The notes under the pieces: model-generated
Seen by the model: only the letters and a program-made list of their open reading frames with translations
Database searches by the model: none
Told to the model about the DNA's origin: nothing
Translations under genes and position numbers: made by a program
In this document: piece after piece, positions 1-10,436 of the stretch
How the letters are laid out: the number at the start of each line of letters is the position of its first letter
Position numbering within the stretch: the first letter of the stretch is position 1
NCBI GenBank assembly: GCA_947478685.1
Contig: CANJWO010000002.1
Location: forward strand, 8,926 to 72,925
Length of the DNA stretch: 64,000 nt
DNA from: Chlamydiota bacterium
Lineage (GTDB): Bacteria; Chlamydiota; Chlamydiia; Chlamydiales; 2-12-FULL-49-11
Direction of reading: 5' to 3'

Positions 1-671
1 CTTTGACATCCAAGTTTTGGACCTACACCAAATGACCTTGATTTTGTTTCAACAGTTTGACTATCCCATGCTTCATCCAAAACATCTGCATTTAGCTCAT
101 ATTTTTGTCGGATTGAGCCAAATTTAAGGCCCAAAAGGGGCTCTACTGTAAGTTTTCTTCCTGAATAATAGGGTCTTGTTAAATAGAGATCGATCAGATC
201 GAGACTTAAATGCCAATCGGCGTTTAAAGATGTTAGAGCTACTGAATAGGTACCGATAAAGAGAGGTGAAATATAGTACTCTGTTCCTGTAGCATCTGCC
301 TCTTTGCTAGAATGTCCCCGATACCAAAGATATTCTCCACCAAAATTCCACTTATCCAATGGAGTATTGAGAGAAAATCCGACTTGAAAGCCAGGATGAT
401 AGTTATTGCCAAACCTAACAACAGATCCTTCGGGAGCGTTATGAGTTGGATAAAAAGAGTCTGCAGTATTACCTTTAAAACCAATCTCATTTGCATCCTG
501 CATTGCAGCATATTCATTAAAAGCAACATTAATGCTTAGCCCTATTGGATCTCTCGTCTCACATCTTGCACTCTCTGAAAACTCTCGAGCTAATTTATTA
601 ATATCAGAAGGATCTTGTAAAGAAGCTAGGAGTGATACACCAGTCATAGAAAATATAATCAATCTTTTCAT
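1..671 (-). CDS. Outer-membrane beta-barrel protein, MOMP-like; N-terminal 223 codons only, 3' end lies beyond the window start
   Basis: Absent from the ORF track because it has no stop in the window. I translated the minus strand from the ATG at 671 (MKRLIIFSMTGVSLLASLQ...) and checked every in-frame triplet down to position 3 without finding a stop. It aligns with the adjacent 682..1728 protein (HPGFQVGF, GGxYLWYRGHS, LNADWHL, RPYxSGRKL, LGLK). Confidence 0.7.
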   Translation of the reverse strand, partial: MKRLIIFSMTGVSLLASLQDPSDINKLAREFSESARCETRDPIGLSINVAFNEYAAMQDANEIGFKGNTADSFYPTHNAPEGSVVRFGNNYHPGFQVGFSLNTPLDKWNFGGEYLWYRGHSSKEADATGTEYYISPLFIGTYSVALTSLNADWHLSLDLIDLYLTRPYYSGRKLTVEPLLGLKFGSIRQKYELNADVLDEAWDSQTVETKSRSFGVGPKLGCQ

Positions 672-681
672 ACCAACCCCT

Positions 682-1728
682 TTAGAAGACAAACGATGTA
701 CCTACAGATAATCCACTCAAATAGAGATTGGCAGGAGCGACGTGCTGCGTACCTGCTATTGCTATTAATGCCCTATCCATATTTTGAGAAAATAGAATAG
801 AGAGATTGTATGCCGCATTGATATTAATTTTGAATCGACCATTAGATACCCAATTAATTCCAAGCCCAGCATCCATAATAGATCTAAATGTATTCATACC
901 GCTATTGCTTAAAAATGAAGACTCATCTATTGCGTTTAGGTAATTTAATGTAAGCGTATTATATCGTGTGTATAAAAAGCTAGTGGCTAAATTACCAAAG
1001 AGACTAAATCTAGCCCCTATTAAATAATTGCTTTGAAACCCAAGTTTAGGACCGATCATCCACGCTCTTGAATCGGTACTTGCTGTTTGAATATTAGATG
1101 GTGCTGTAAAAATAGTTGCCGAAAGATCAAAATCTTGACGAATCCAACCGCTTTTAAGGCCTAAAAATGGATTGACACTTAGCTTTCTTCCTGAAAAATA
1201 GGGCCTTGCTAAATAGATATCGATCATGTCGATATCTAAGTGCCAATCAGCATTGATAGAATTTAGAGATGCTTCAAAAGGTCCTACAAAAATAGGGGAG
1301 CGATAATATGTACTTGAAACAGGCTCTGCAGAACCGTGAGAATGTCCTCTATACCAAAGATAGCCCCCTCCAAAACTCCAAGTATCATATGGTGTATCCA
1401 AAATAAATCCAACTTGAAAGCCTGGATGGTAATCGAAATCCATTGTAACAATCGGACCTTCCGGGGCAAAAAAAGTAGGAAAGAGGCCATTTGATGTATT
1501 ACTAGGATAAGCAAGCTCCATTGAATCAGTCGTAGCTTGATACTCATTAAAGTTTGCACTTATGCTAAATTTCCAGCTATTCTCTTCTCTTGTACTTTGC
1601 GAAATAATAGCAACGACATCTTCTTTTGGGAGCGGCATACCCGACTGAAATGATGGCGTAAATTCCATCCCTTCTTCAGCAGAGAGAATGGCTGCACCTA
1701 TAGCCAAAAGAAAATTCAATTTTTTCAT
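682..1728 (-). CDS. Outer-membrane beta-barrel porin-like protein; from memory it resembles the Legionella/Coxiella MOMP family
   Basis: Signal peptide MKKLNFLLAIGAAILSA at the internal Met (start 1728). Alternating beta-strand pattern with a C-terminal aromatic residue (GTSFVF). Tandem paralogue of the upstream partial gene. Confidence 0.75.
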   Translation of the reverse strand: MKKLNFLLAIGAAILSAEEGMEFTPSFQSGMPLPKEDVVAIISQSTREENSWKFSISANFNEYQATTDSMELAYPSNTSNGLFPTFFAPEGPIVTMDFDYHPGFQVGFILDTPYDTWSFGGGYLWYRGHSHGSAEPVSSTYYRSPIFVGPFEASLNSINADWHLDIDMIDIYLARPYFSGRKLSVNPFLGLKSGWIRQDFDLSATIFTAPSNIQTASTDSRAWMIGPKLGFQSNYLIGARFSLFGNLATSFLYTRYNTLTLNYLNAIDESSFLSNSGMNTFRSIMDAGLGINWVSNGRFKININAAYNLSILFSQNMDRALIAIAGTQHVAPANLYLSGLSVGTSFVF

Positions 1729-1750
1729 ACTAATTTGGAGTCTATCTTTT

Positions 1751-3007
1751 TTATTTAAACAAATCAACAGCTATCCTCTTCATTCTCCATCCTGTCACTG
1801 TAATTGCAAATATTACGGCTAAAAACATCAAGAAATAGGCAGGAAAAAGTAGACTCACTTGATATCTTTCAAACATCTGAACATAAACAATCGGGGTCAT
1901 ACTCCCAAATAGAGCCATTCCTACACTAAAATTAAATGAAATTCCCAAATATCGATCCTTAGCAGGAAATAGCGTTTGCATAAAGGCGTGCCCGCTGCCT
2001 GCAATACTGCCTGCAGCTATTCCTAGAAGCAATTCACCAAGCAAAATCAAACTCGGATTTAATGAATCGATGGCCATAAAAAGGGGGATCGCTAACACAA
2101 ATATAAGAAATGCTACTACTCGATAAAATTTTCTAGCCTCTACTCTATCAAAAACAGCTCCCATAATGGGACTGCCCACCAAAAAACCGAACATACCCAT
2201 CATATTAAACTGCAAAACTTGGCTCAAAGGTAAGTGTAAATATCTTGTAAGATATATCGTTAGAAAACTAAGAAGCGTATAGCTTAGAGCTCCATTAAAA
2301 CTTCCTAGAGCAAAGGTGATTAAACATGACTTAGGATTTGCAGCAAAGGCCGTCAAAACTGATGCCCTAGAAGAGCCTCGATTTATTAAAAGCTTCTCAA
2401 ACTCAGGTGTCTCAGTTAAATTTCGTCTCATAAAATAACCAAAAAAACTAATCGCTCCTCCTACAATAAAAGGGATACGCCAAGACCACTCCGGCATCCC
2501 AGGCCTTTGAGAAAGAGCACCCAAAAAGGATGCAAAAAATGCTCCGAGCGCGCAAGAACCTGCAATACACCCCCCAATAAATCCAGGCGATTTTCTACCT
2601 AGATGTTCAATTGAAAATATTGCAGCTCCATTATATTCCCCACCGGTACAAAGCCCCTGCAATAACCTACAAAGAAAAATAACAACCGAAGCCCAAATGC
2701 CAATCCTCTCATATCCGGGCATAACTCCAATACAAAGTGTCGGAAGCCCCATTAATAAAATCGAAGATGATAATGCTATCTTCCTCCCATATCGATCGCC
2801 TATATATCCAAATAGCATACCACCAAATGGCCTTGTTAAAAAGCCTGCACCAAATGCTGCAAGACTTGCCAAAAGCTTCGCTGATTCACTACTTCCGGGG
2901 AAATAATAATTAGCAATAATACAGGTAAAAAAACCATACAATGTAAAGTCATAAAACTCTAACGCGTTACCTAAAATACTTGACCCAAGAATCCTTCTTG
3001 ATTTCAT
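1751..3007 (-). CDS. MFS metabolite:H+ symporter (MHS family, ProP/KgtP-like)
   Basis: Family-typical N-terminus LGNALEFYDFTLYGFF, GDRYGRK loop and about 12 TM segments. Start moved to the internal Met MKSRRILG. Confidence 0.8.
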   Translation of the reverse strand: MKSRRILGSSILGNALEFYDFTLYGFFTCIIANYYFPGSSESAKLLASLAAFGAGFLTRPFGGMLFGYIGDRYGRKIALSSSILLMGLPTLCIGVMPGYERIGIWASVVIFLCRLLQGLCTGGEYNGAAIFSIEHLGRKSPGFIGGCIAGSCALGAFFASFLGALSQRPGMPEWSWRIPFIVGGAISFFGYFMRRNLTETPEFEKLLINRGSSRASVLTAFAANPKSCLITFALGSFNGALSYTLLSFLTIYLTRYLHLPLSQVLQFNMMGMFGFLVGSPIMGAVFDRVEARKFYRVVAFLIFVLAIPLFMAIDSLNPSLILLGELLLGIAAGSIAGSGHAFMQTLFPAKDRYLGISFNFSVGMALFGSMTPIVYVQMFERYQVSLLFPAYFLMFLAVIFAITVTGWRMKRIAVDLFK

Positions 3008-3127
3008 CTTATTTCCCTCGATATAAAAAAGCAGGATATACCTCTTCCTGTTGAATTTCAATTGAACAATATGTTTAATTTTTATATAGTCTTTATCAAT
3101 CTAATAAATAGTAACTTTGGAGAGAAC

Positions 3128-3514
3128 ATGAGTTGGCTTGAATCATTAAAAAACCCATCTGAAATAGTTGAACTTTGGAGCTCTTCTGTGAAAGTTGATT
3201 TCGCTTCTAATTCCAATGATGACGTTAAATTACCTATCGAAACAATCGCGTTTTGCTGTAATGTGACCGCCTCTTTTCTTCAAAATAGAACTCCGAGTTT
3301 GCGAGACTTTCGTATTCAAAATCCAGTAGCCTATCTTCCATGTACCGATGACTCATTTTATGATGTCCATGAAAACTCTGTTACTACACTTTCCACAAAA
3401 AATAAAACTGTTCAAATTTGGGATTGCAGAAAACTAAGCTGTCCGGTAGAAACTAGATTATATGAAGAATTATGGAAAGTTTCTTATATTTCTGCTTCTG
3501 GCATTTTTTGCTAA
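3128..3514 (+). CDS. Hypothetical protein
   Basis: ORF with ATG at 3128 preceded by ggagaga. No recognisable motifs. Overlaps the next gene by 53 nt. Confidence 0.35.
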   Translation: MSWLESLKNPSEIVELWSSSVKVDFASNSNDDVKLPIETIAFCCNVTASFLQNRTPSLRDFRIQNPVAYLPCTDDSFYDVHENSVTTLSTKNKTVQIWDCRKLSCPVETRLYEELWKVSYISASGIFC

Positions 3515-3989
3515 TCTAACTGAGGTTTCCGCCAGCTGTGATCGCGACTATTTTGATGTAAGCAAACCGACTGGCGCAAAAATCTCTGAAATTGTATCGA
3601 CTGTTGCTCATACTAGAGTCCTATCTTTATGGGGCAAAGAGAAACATTTAAAGCAACTTGGTGAAGATGTAGATAAGGAAGTTGCTTTCCTACAATTTTG
3701 GTTCTATATCTTTTCTCGCCCGAAGCTGGCCGATGATATGCGAATCATTCAAAAAAGCTCCATGAAGTATAACCCATTTATTAGCGGCGGTAGAACTTCA
3801 ATTCTTGCATCCTATAATAAAGATAAAGAGGCTTTCCTTAAAGTAGGTCACTGCTTTGCCGTTTTCTTAAATCTTGACCCCGAAAAAACAGTAGATATCT
3901 TAAGACAAGGGCTTGAAGCACTACAAACTAGTAATACTGGCCTCAAACCCTTTTTTGACTATCTCATAGAACAGAAGAAAAAGTCTTAG
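3462..3989 (+). CDS. Secreted or anchored hypothetical protein, paralogue of 40951..41517
   Basis: Signal peptide MKNYGKFLIFLLLAFFANLTEVSA. Shared blocks with 40951..41517: F.F...F..P.LA..M...Q.SS.KY..F and KPxxDYLI. Confidence 0.6.
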   Translation: MKNYGKFLIFLLLAFFANLTEVSASCDRDYFDVSKPTGAKISEIVSTVAHTRVLSLWGKEKHLKQLGEDVDKEVAFLQFWFYIFSRPKLADDMRIIQKSSMKYNPFISGGRTSILASYNKDKEAFLKVGHCFAVFLNLDPEKTVDILRQGLEALQTSNTGLKPFFDYLIEQKKKS

Positions 3990-4031
3990 GGGACTTTTCA
4001 AAAGTGGACTGGTCGATTTTACAAATGTTCC

Positions 4032-4583
4032 CTAATTAAGAGTGATTTCAATCGATTCAATTTTATCACCTTGCTGAATCTTTTTCACGACATCCATACC
4101 TGAAAGCGTTTTTCCAAAAACGGTGTACTCACCGTCAAGAAATGGAGTTTTTTCTAATGTGATGTAAAATTGAGATCCACTCGATTTTTTTTGTGGATTT
4201 GCCCCATCACCCAATCTTGCCCAAGCAAGCGCACCTTGGTCGTGTGGAAGACCAATTTCAGCCGGTATTGTGTATCCAGGTCCACCGCTACCTGTTCCTT
4301 GAGGATCTCCGCCCTGAACTACAAAATTAGGAACTACTCTATGGAATGTGAGTCCATTATAAAAGCCACCGTTTGCCAATTGAATAAAATTTGTTACAGA
4401 TAAAGGTGCCTTCTCATAGTTCAATTCACAAACCACTTCCCCTTTGGAAGTTTTAATGATTGCACGATAAGCCTTTCCTTTTTCAAAAGACATAACTTGT
4501 TTGGGTTCTGTAAATTTTGACATATTATCTCCTGCCATTAAATGTATTGATAAAGCGCAAAGCGCCAGTGTAAATACTTTCAC
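4032..4583 (-). CDS. Peptidyl-prolyl cis-trans isomerase, cyclophilin type, with signal peptide
   Basis: FHRVVPNFVVQGGDPQGTGSGGPGY and SSGSQFYITL motifs. N-terminal MKVFTLALCALSIHLMA. Confidence 0.9.
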   Translation of the reverse strand: MKVFTLALCALSIHLMAGDNMSKFTEPKQVMSFEKGKAYRAIIKTSKGEVVCELNYEKAPLSVTNFIQLANGGFYNGLTFHRVVPNFVVQGGDPQGTGSGGPGYTIPAEIGLPHDQGALAWARLGDGANPQKKSSGSQFYITLEKTPFLDGEYTVFGKTLSGMDVVKKIQQGDKIESIEITLN

Positions 4584-4642
4584 AGTTTTTCCTCCAGAAA
4601 GAAATTCTTCTAAATTATAACAATGAGATATAATTTATTACC

Positions 4643-4993
4643 ATGAGTCTTGAAGAAAAAGTTATCTCTTACCGCGAATTAGCACTTAAAATTGCTGAAC
4701 TCGAATCAGAAAAAAAGCTCCTCTCTCAAGAAATCCTTATGCTTATGCCTAGAAATGCAGAGACCCTTCGCATTCAAAACCTTCAAGTAAAGAGATTTTC
4801 TCGCCTAATCATTAAGACCTCCCTAAAGGATGCTAAAATATTTGACGCCATTAAAATAGAAGAAGTTGTCGATAAGGACGCACTCAAAAAACTCCTTTCA
4901 CAAGGAATATTCATCCCTGACATCACCGAATCGACCTTTATCATTATATCTAAGGTTGTTACTGAAAAAGAACCCCTAGCTTTAATCAACTGA
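4643..4993 (+). CDS. Hypothetical small coiled-coil protein
   Basis: ORF only; charged heptad-like N-terminus. Confidence 0.4.
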   Translation: MSLEEKVISYRELALKIAELESEKKLLSQEILMLMPRNAETLRIQNLQVKRFSRLIIKTSLKDAKIFDAIKIEEVVDKDALKKLLSQGIFIPDITESTFIIISKVVTEKEPLALIN

Positions 4994-5039
4994 AAAAATC
5001 TTGCCTTTTTTGAAATCTAGCGTTAAAATGGAACTTTTC

Positions 5040-5194
5040 CTGCCGCTTGGGACAACCTAGCTTCATTATGCTGGTTTAACAACACTCAAATTAGGGGACT
5101 GCGAGGCTGTAAATGGGATTTATCCCCTCTACAGAGAGCAGACCCACTTTAACATAAAGGTTAAATGCGCGAAGCTCAAGACCCCTTGCGGCGG
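5040..5194. ncRNA. Candidate structured RNA (rod-like, 6S-like in shape only) or structured 3' UTR
   Basis: The 205-nt gap between convergent genes is relatively GC-rich. Terminal pairings by eye: CUGCCGC (5040-5046) with GCGGCGG (5188-5194), GGG/CCC, and AGCUUC (5059-5064) with GAAGCU (5171-5176). There is also an internal hairpin cuguaaaugggauuuauccccucuacag. No U-tract. Confidence 0.25.
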
Positions 5195-5198
5195 GTTC

Positions 5199-7946
5199 TT
5201 ATATTGGCTTTGGCTGCTGCTCGTTGAATGGTCTTTTCTTACTTTTTTTCAGAACAGCCGATGGAATTGGTGGCGGTAACTTTTTGCTAACATTTTCAAA
5301 TTCATCTTGTCTTGCTTGTTTCTCTTTTGTATCAAAAGTCCCTGCCATTATCTGATCAAGATCCTCCCTTTCAAGAGTCTCAAACTCTACAAGCATATCG
5401 GCAATCAACTTCAACTTTTCATACTGCTCACGCAGAATTACTCCAGCTCTAGTATATGCATTATCTAACAGACTCTTAATTTCACTATCGATCATTCGGG
5501 CCGTCTCTTCAGAATAGGCTTTTTCATGAAATCCTGAAATAAGGTTGCCATCTCCATTATCTGTAAAGCTAATCATACCCACTTTTTCAGACATACCCCA
5601 TTCGCAAACCATTGAACGGGCAAGTTGTGTCGCCTGTTTTATATCCATCTGAGCGCCACTAGAAGGATCACTATTGGAGATCTCTTCAGCAACTCGACCA
5701 CCCATTAGTACAACAAGCTGATCCAAAAGTCCATTTTTCCCATAATTTACTACGTTCTTTGCATCTGGCGCAAAGTGCGTTGCCCCTAAACTTCTCCCTC
5801 TAGGAATAATTGTAACTTTAGTAACTGCATTAGTTGTTTTCAAAATTAGAGCAATCAGCGCATGCCCCGCTTCATGCCACGCTGTTATTAGAAGATCTTT
5901 ATCTTCCATCTCTAGACTTCTTCTCTCTTTTCCAAACATCACTTTTTCTTGCGCATAAGTAAAATCTTCTTGAGTGACAGCTTGTCTATTCTTTTTTGCT
6001 GCATAAAGGGCTGCTTCATTGACCATATTAGCAATATCAGCTCCAGCAAGTCCCGCCGATCTTTTAGCAAGTTCTTTTAAATTAACATGATCTGCAACTT
6101 TAACTTTTTTAACATGAACTTTAAAAATAGCCACCCTTCCCATATAGTCAGGAAGGTTTACATACACACTTCTATCAAATCTACCAGGCCTAAGCAACGC
6201 TTTATCAAGAACATCCGGCCTATTTGTTGCGGCAATCATAATAACGCCTTCCGTCGAATCCATCCCATCCACTTCTACAAGCAATTGATTAAGTGTCTGC
6301 TCGCGCTCATCATGCCCGCCACCAAGCCCAGATCCTCTATGACGTCCCACAGCATCTATTTCATCTATAAAAATGATACAAGGGGCAGTTTTCCGAGCTT
6401 GCTCAAAAAGATCTCTAACTCGAGAAGCACCAACACCAACAAACATCTCAACAAAATCAGAGCCCGATATTGAATAGAATGGGACACCAGCTTCTCCTGA
6501 TACAGCCTTCGCTATAAGAGTTTTTCCTGTACCTGGTGCACCAACTAATAGAACGCCTTTAGGAATCTTTGCACCCAGTCTCGTATATTTTCCAGGATCT
6601 TTCAGAAAGTCAACAATTTCTTCCAATTCCTCTTTTGCTTCATCAATTCCAGCGACATCATCAAATGTAATTTTCTGGGTACTCTTATTTAGCAACTTAG
6701 CAGGCGACTTACCAAAACTCATTGCAGAAGAGCCAACACCTTTCATCTGGCGTGAAAATATAAAGTATAAAAGGAGGGCTACTAGAATAATTGGTAAAAA
6801 GGTGAATAGGTAATTAAGGTAGTTAGGAGCTGGTTCTTCGCTTTTAAAAGTTCTCTCAAGAACAGCCGACCTTGGTTGGTCGGGAGCTTTGAACGCAAGC
6901 CCCTTATTTTCAGCAAATGCTTGCCACTCTCTATCACTTTGAGCAAACCATCTAGCATATTCGTCGGGATTAATTTTTTCTAAAGCCTTCGTTGAGATTT
7001 CTTGATTGTGAAAAAACCAAATAGCTGTAGCAACTTTAGCTCGCGCCTTATCAAGCTGAGCCAAGTTTTTCTTCAAATCACCGTTTACTTTTTCAAATTG
7101 AACGAGATATTCAAGATAATTCCTTGTCGATCTAAGATCATAAAGTCTTGCATTTTCCTGATCTTTTACTAAATCTCCTACAATCATCTCAAGACTATTA
7201 ACTGCCATAGAGAAAGAGTCATACTGCATCGCTAGCGTTGTAGAAGGATCTGCTAACGCCCTCTCTACTGAAATCTCAATTTCTCTTAAGCTTCTTTTTA
7301 TCGTCTCATTTCCAATTCCAAGTTTTGAAGAACGGATCTCTTCCAAGAAACTTTGTAAACCCTTTCCTAAAAGAGCAAGATTGCCACTTGTTTTATCTTT
7401 AGATGCTGCGTCAAATAGCGCCTTAATTTGAGGTAAAGTAATTGCCGCTGTACCTTTAGGCACTTCTTTAATAACAACTGAATTTAGACGATCCGAACTA
7501 TCATAACTTTTAGAAATAACAACAAACCCCCCTTCAGGGATTTTTATTCCAGCAAGCCCAAGAAAATAGACAGCTGACTCAAAAACCTGATTTTGAAGAA
7601 CTTTCAATTCTTCCAGTAGATTTGATTGCTGACTAGTAAGATCATGATTTTGATTTAAGAGGCTCAAATAGCGATATCGTTCTTTAGCAGAATCAGATAG
7701 GTTCTCATGAAAAACACCAGAGAAAGTAACCAAATTGTCATTTAAAGAGGTCTTTCTACTCTCTTTAGTGTCTAGCAGGTCAAGATTTACAAGATGTTCC
7801 ACTTGATGACTAAATGAAACTCCCGCCCCTTTTGTGTCTGATAGATTTTGAAAAATCAAAATAGCTATCAATCCCACTACAAAAAAGAGAAAGATCCCTG
7901 GAAAACTTTTTTTATTGTCTGGCTTCATATTGTTGTCATTTTTCAT
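5199..7946 (-). CDS. ftsH: ATP-dependent zinc metalloprotease FtsH, long form with a ~350-aa periplasmic insert
   Basis: Walker [14 protein letters not shown], Walker [10 protein letters not shown], zinc site HEAGHAL. The 915-aa length is typical of chlamydial FtsH. Confidence 0.95.
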   Translation of the reverse strand: MKNDNNMKPDNKKSFPGIFLFFVVGLIAILIFQNLSDTKGAGVSFSHQVEHLVNLDLLDTKESRKTSLNDNLVTFSGVFHENLSDSAKERYRYLSLLNQNHDLTSQQSNLLEELKVLQNQVFESAVYFLGLAGIKIPEGGFVVISKSYDSSDRLNSVVIKEVPKGTAAITLPQIKALFDAASKDKTSGNLALLGKGLQSFLEEIRSSKLGIGNETIKRSLREIEISVERALADPSTTLAMQYDSFSMAVNSLEMIVGDLVKDQENARLYDLRSTRNYLEYLVQFEKVNGDLKKNLAQLDKARAKVATAIWFFHNQEISTKALEKINPDEYARWFAQSDREWQAFAENKGLAFKAPDQPRSAVLERTFKSEEPAPNYLNYLFTFLPIILVALLLYFIFSRQMKGVGSSAMSFGKSPAKLLNKSTQKITFDDVAGIDEAKEELEEIVDFLKDPGKYTRLGAKIPKGVLLVGAPGTGKTLIAKAVSGEAGVPFYSISGSDFVEMFVGVGASRVRDLFEQARKTAPCIIFIDEIDAVGRHRGSGLGGGHDEREQTLNQLLVEVDGMDSTEGVIMIAATNRPDVLDKALLRPGRFDRSVYVNLPDYMGRVAIFKVHVKKVKVADHVNLKELAKRSAGLAGADIANMVNEAALYAAKKNRQAVTQEDFTYAQEKVMFGKERRSLEMEDKDLLITAWHEAGHALIALILKTTNAVTKVTIIPRGRSLGATHFAPDAKNVVNYGKNGLLDQLVVLMGGRVAEEISNSDPSSGAQMDIKQATQLARSMVCEWGMSEKVGMISFTDNGDGNLISGFHEKAYSEETARMIDSEIKSLLDNAYTRAGVILREQYEKLKLIADMLVEFETLEREDLDQIMAGTFDTKEKQARQDEFENVSKKLPPPIPSAVLKKSKKRPFNEQQPKPI

Positions 7947-8071
7947 AATTAATATCTTATATATTTAATGTTATTGTTTTCGCTCAATTAATATATTAAT
8001 TACACTTAATTGATATGATAAACAAGTAAAATATGTTTACTACTACTGCAAGTCTATATGGTATTCAATTC

Positions 8072-9337
8072 TCATTTTAAGGTCAAAAGATGATTTGCAT
8101 ATATAGGTTGATTATTCAGACAACTCTTTCCTGTTAGGCACTCCCCAACAATCTGACCTTTATCCCAAATCACTGGCATCCAAGAACGTAGGAATACAGG
8201 GACTTTATGAATACGATACCACTCCCTCAATTCCATCCCGTTTGGTAATTTATTGCTAAGCTTTGGTGGCCCCAAAAGGCAATCTAGTTCCGGGAAGTAT
8301 ACAGCTGAACTGCCTCCCCAAATCCCCTTCCAATCATCCGGAGGACGGTAAGAGGGGAGCTCAGAAATAGTATAACATGGAAGTAGAGGTAGTTTTAAGA
8401 CAAAAAGATGATCTCGCTCCAAAACCAGCTTCCAATCACCTTTTATAATTTTTTTTTGATCTTTCCTATCTCTTATAAGCACAAGAAGTTGCTCCATTTC
8501 ACCTCTAGAGATATCTATTTTCTCTTTTTGGAGAATCTCTCTTAAAAGGGTCTCACCCTCAAGTTCCTTTTTTAATAGGGATGTCGCTAAATAGTACCCA
8601 AAAGGGCCAGGGTAGATATAGTTAAATTTCTCTTCAACCTGCTTATTTACATAATGCATGCACTCTTCAATTCGTTTTCCTAAAAGGAGGATATTACCCT
8701 TTATCCCTTTGCCAAACATCTCCTCCAAATAGGGAATCATATCCATACGCATGCGACTTCTCAAAAATTTTGGATCACTATTAGTCGAATCCTCGAAAAA
8801 CTCTATGTTATTCACTTCAAGATATTTAAGGATCTCTTTTTTAAATACGCAAAGGAGCGGCCTAACTAGCCTCATCCCCTCAAAATTGGACTCCTCTTTC
8901 ATAGCTGATATGTGCGTGAGAAAACTCCCTTCAAAAACCCTCTTTAAAATCGTCTCAACTTGATCATCTGCATGATGACCCGTAAATAGAGCATCAAAAT
9001 CACCCCGCACATATTCTTGTTTAAAAAATAAAAGCCGTTTTTTTCGACAGCTATCCTCTAAATTCCCCTCAACGAGCTCATTTGGATCAATTTTATGGAG
9101 GTAAAAAGGGATTGAGTATTTTTGCGCCAAGAGATGAAGCTTGCTTGCCTCTGCTGAGCTCTCTTTTCGCCATCCATGATCAACATGACAAATATGGAAA
9201 TTCCATCCCCCCTCTATAAGTATATAAAAAAGAGCTAGTGAATCTGGCCCTCCTGACAACGCCAGAAGGTACTTACCCTCTTTTGAAAGAGTTTTTTCTA
9301 AATATTGTTTTGTTTTTTCCAACATCTTCTCTATCAT
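8072..9337 (-). CDS. tilS: tRNA(Ile)-lysidine synthase
   Basis: PP-loop SGGPDS near the N-terminus; adjacent to ftsH as in Chlamydia. Confidence 0.9.
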   Translation of the reverse strand: MIEKMLEKTKQYLEKTLSKEGKYLLALSGGPDSLALFYILIEGGWNFHICHVDHGWRKESSAEASKLHLLAQKYSIPFYLHKIDPNELVEGNLEDSCRKKRLLFFKQEYVRGDFDALFTGHHADDQVETILKRVFEGSFLTHISAMKEESNFEGMRLVRPLLCVFKKEILKYLEVNNIEFFEDSTNSDPKFLRSRMRMDMIPYLEEMFGKGIKGNILLLGKRIEECMHYVNKQVEEKFNYIYPGPFGYYLATSLLKKELEGETLLREILQKEKIDISRGEMEQLLVLIRDRKDQKKIIKGDWKLVLERDHLFVLKLPLLPCYTISELPSYRPPDDWKGIWGGSSAVYFPELDCLLGPPKLSNKLPNGMELREWYRIHKVPVFLRSWMPVIWDKGQIVGECLTGKSCLNNQPIYANHLLTLK

Positions 9338-9371
9338 GATATCAAATCAATTCATCCGGTATTTAAAGCTT

Positions 9372-10436
9372 ATGCCTATTATATGGCGCTACGTCACAAA
9401 AACCTATCTAAAAATCTTCGCCCTCACTTTGGCAACCCTTTTTGGACTCAGTTTCCTCATTAAACATAAGAAGCTTACCCTTCTTATTGTAGCTGGAGCC
9501 ACTTACAAACAAGCTTTTCTTTTAGCACTCTGCATGCTAAGCATTACCTTGCCACATATAATCGGAATATGCAGTTTTATTTCGTCATTGTTAACAGCTT
9601 ACAAATTAAACTCTTCTGGTGAAATCACCTCATTACGAGCAAGTGGCCTTAGTTTTTCTAGAATTTTTACCCCCATCTACTTTGCCGGAGGGTTTTTAAT
9701 GTTAGTAAATATCTTTCTAGTCTTCGAAGTTATTCCATATTCAAAACTCCTTGTAAATAAGCTATATCAGGAATCACAAACAATAAACCCCCTTGTTCTC
9801 TTAAGAAAAAACGCCCTTCCTATATTAAAAAATGTTTACACTGAAATGAACTTAAGCTCCACAGGCTCTGAATCAAACAATGTATTAATAGCCTATTTCC
9901 TCGAAACCGAAAAGAAAATCGCTCTTCTTTTGGCTGAAAATTTGAATTACGCGAATAAGACCTTAGAAGGTAAAAAAGTAGCCCTAATCTCCTATTTCCC
10001 TTCTGAACCTGATCTTTTTGACCATTTAATTATTGATAATCAAGCAGAAACATCGTCGCCCGAATCCTTTTTTATCTCCCTATTAAATAGGCCCTCAAAA
10101 GTGAGAGATTATGATGTCTTTTCATTACAAGCACTTCTAGAAAGTTCTAGACCCTCTGCAAAATCTGAACTATTTCAAAGAATTTCTAAAATATTCTACC
10201 CCTTTACATTTACAATCCTAGGATTAAGTGCAGGTTTACTTAGTAGAAAAAAACTTCATAAGCAAAATTTAACATTTTTACTCTTATCTACATTTGGATA
10301 TTTTGCCTCCTTCTTTGCCCTTAAGAATGCCTCTATCCCACTTTTTTTAGCTATTTTCTATACGCTCGGACCTCACCTCCTCATTACTTTTTTTTCATTT
10401 ATGAGACAGAAAAAAATAGTGGAGGGTGAAATTTGA
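9372..10436 (+). CDS. lptF: LptF/LptG-family LPS export permease (YjgP/YjgQ)
   Basis: Family-typical start MPIIWRYVTKTYLK, 6-TM layout with a large central periplasmic domain. Start moved from 9336 to the internal Met. Confidence 0.8.
   Translation: MPIIWRYVTKTYLKIFALTLATLFGLSFLIKHKKLTLLIVAGATYKQAFLLALCMLSITLPHIIGICSFISSLLTAYKLNSSGEITSLRASGLSFSRIFTPIYFAGGFLMLVNIFLVFEVIPYSKLLVNKLYQESQTINPLVLLRKNALPILKNVYTEMNLSSTGSESNNVLIAYFLETEKKIALLLAENLNYANKTLEGKKVALISYFPSEPDLFDHLIIDNQAETSSPESFFISLLNRPSKVRDYDVFSLQALLESSRPSAKSELFQRISKIFYPFTFTILGLSAGLLSRKKLHKQNLTFLLLSTFGYFASFFALKNASIPLFLAIFYTLGPHLLITFFSFMRQKKIVEGEI

Noticed and set aside
239-539. Track ORFs 239..529(-) and 312..539(+), and similar short ORFs nested in larger genes (for example 1284..1559, 2697..2906, 4170..4403, 6087..6473, 16762..17019, 17381..17641, 20546..20941, 27845..28270, 48578..48931)
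   Set aside because: All lie inside, or antisense to, long ORFs with clear family motifs. They have low-complexity or odd composition and no start context. The real gene at 1..671 is in a different frame.
5040-5194. Reading the post-ftsH structure as a bidirectional Rho-independent terminator
   Set aside because: No U-tract follows the stems on either strand, and the structure is far longer than a terminator. It is kept only as a low-confidence ncRNA or UTR candidate.
9335-9338. Head-to-head overlap of the tilS and lptF start codons (CATG); a similar case occurs at 22324-22332 for MarC and the 351-aa ORF
   Set aside because: This is probably an artefact of longest-ORF calling. lptF has a family-typical start at Met 9372 (MPIIWRYV), and the 351-aa ORF has downstream Met candidates.
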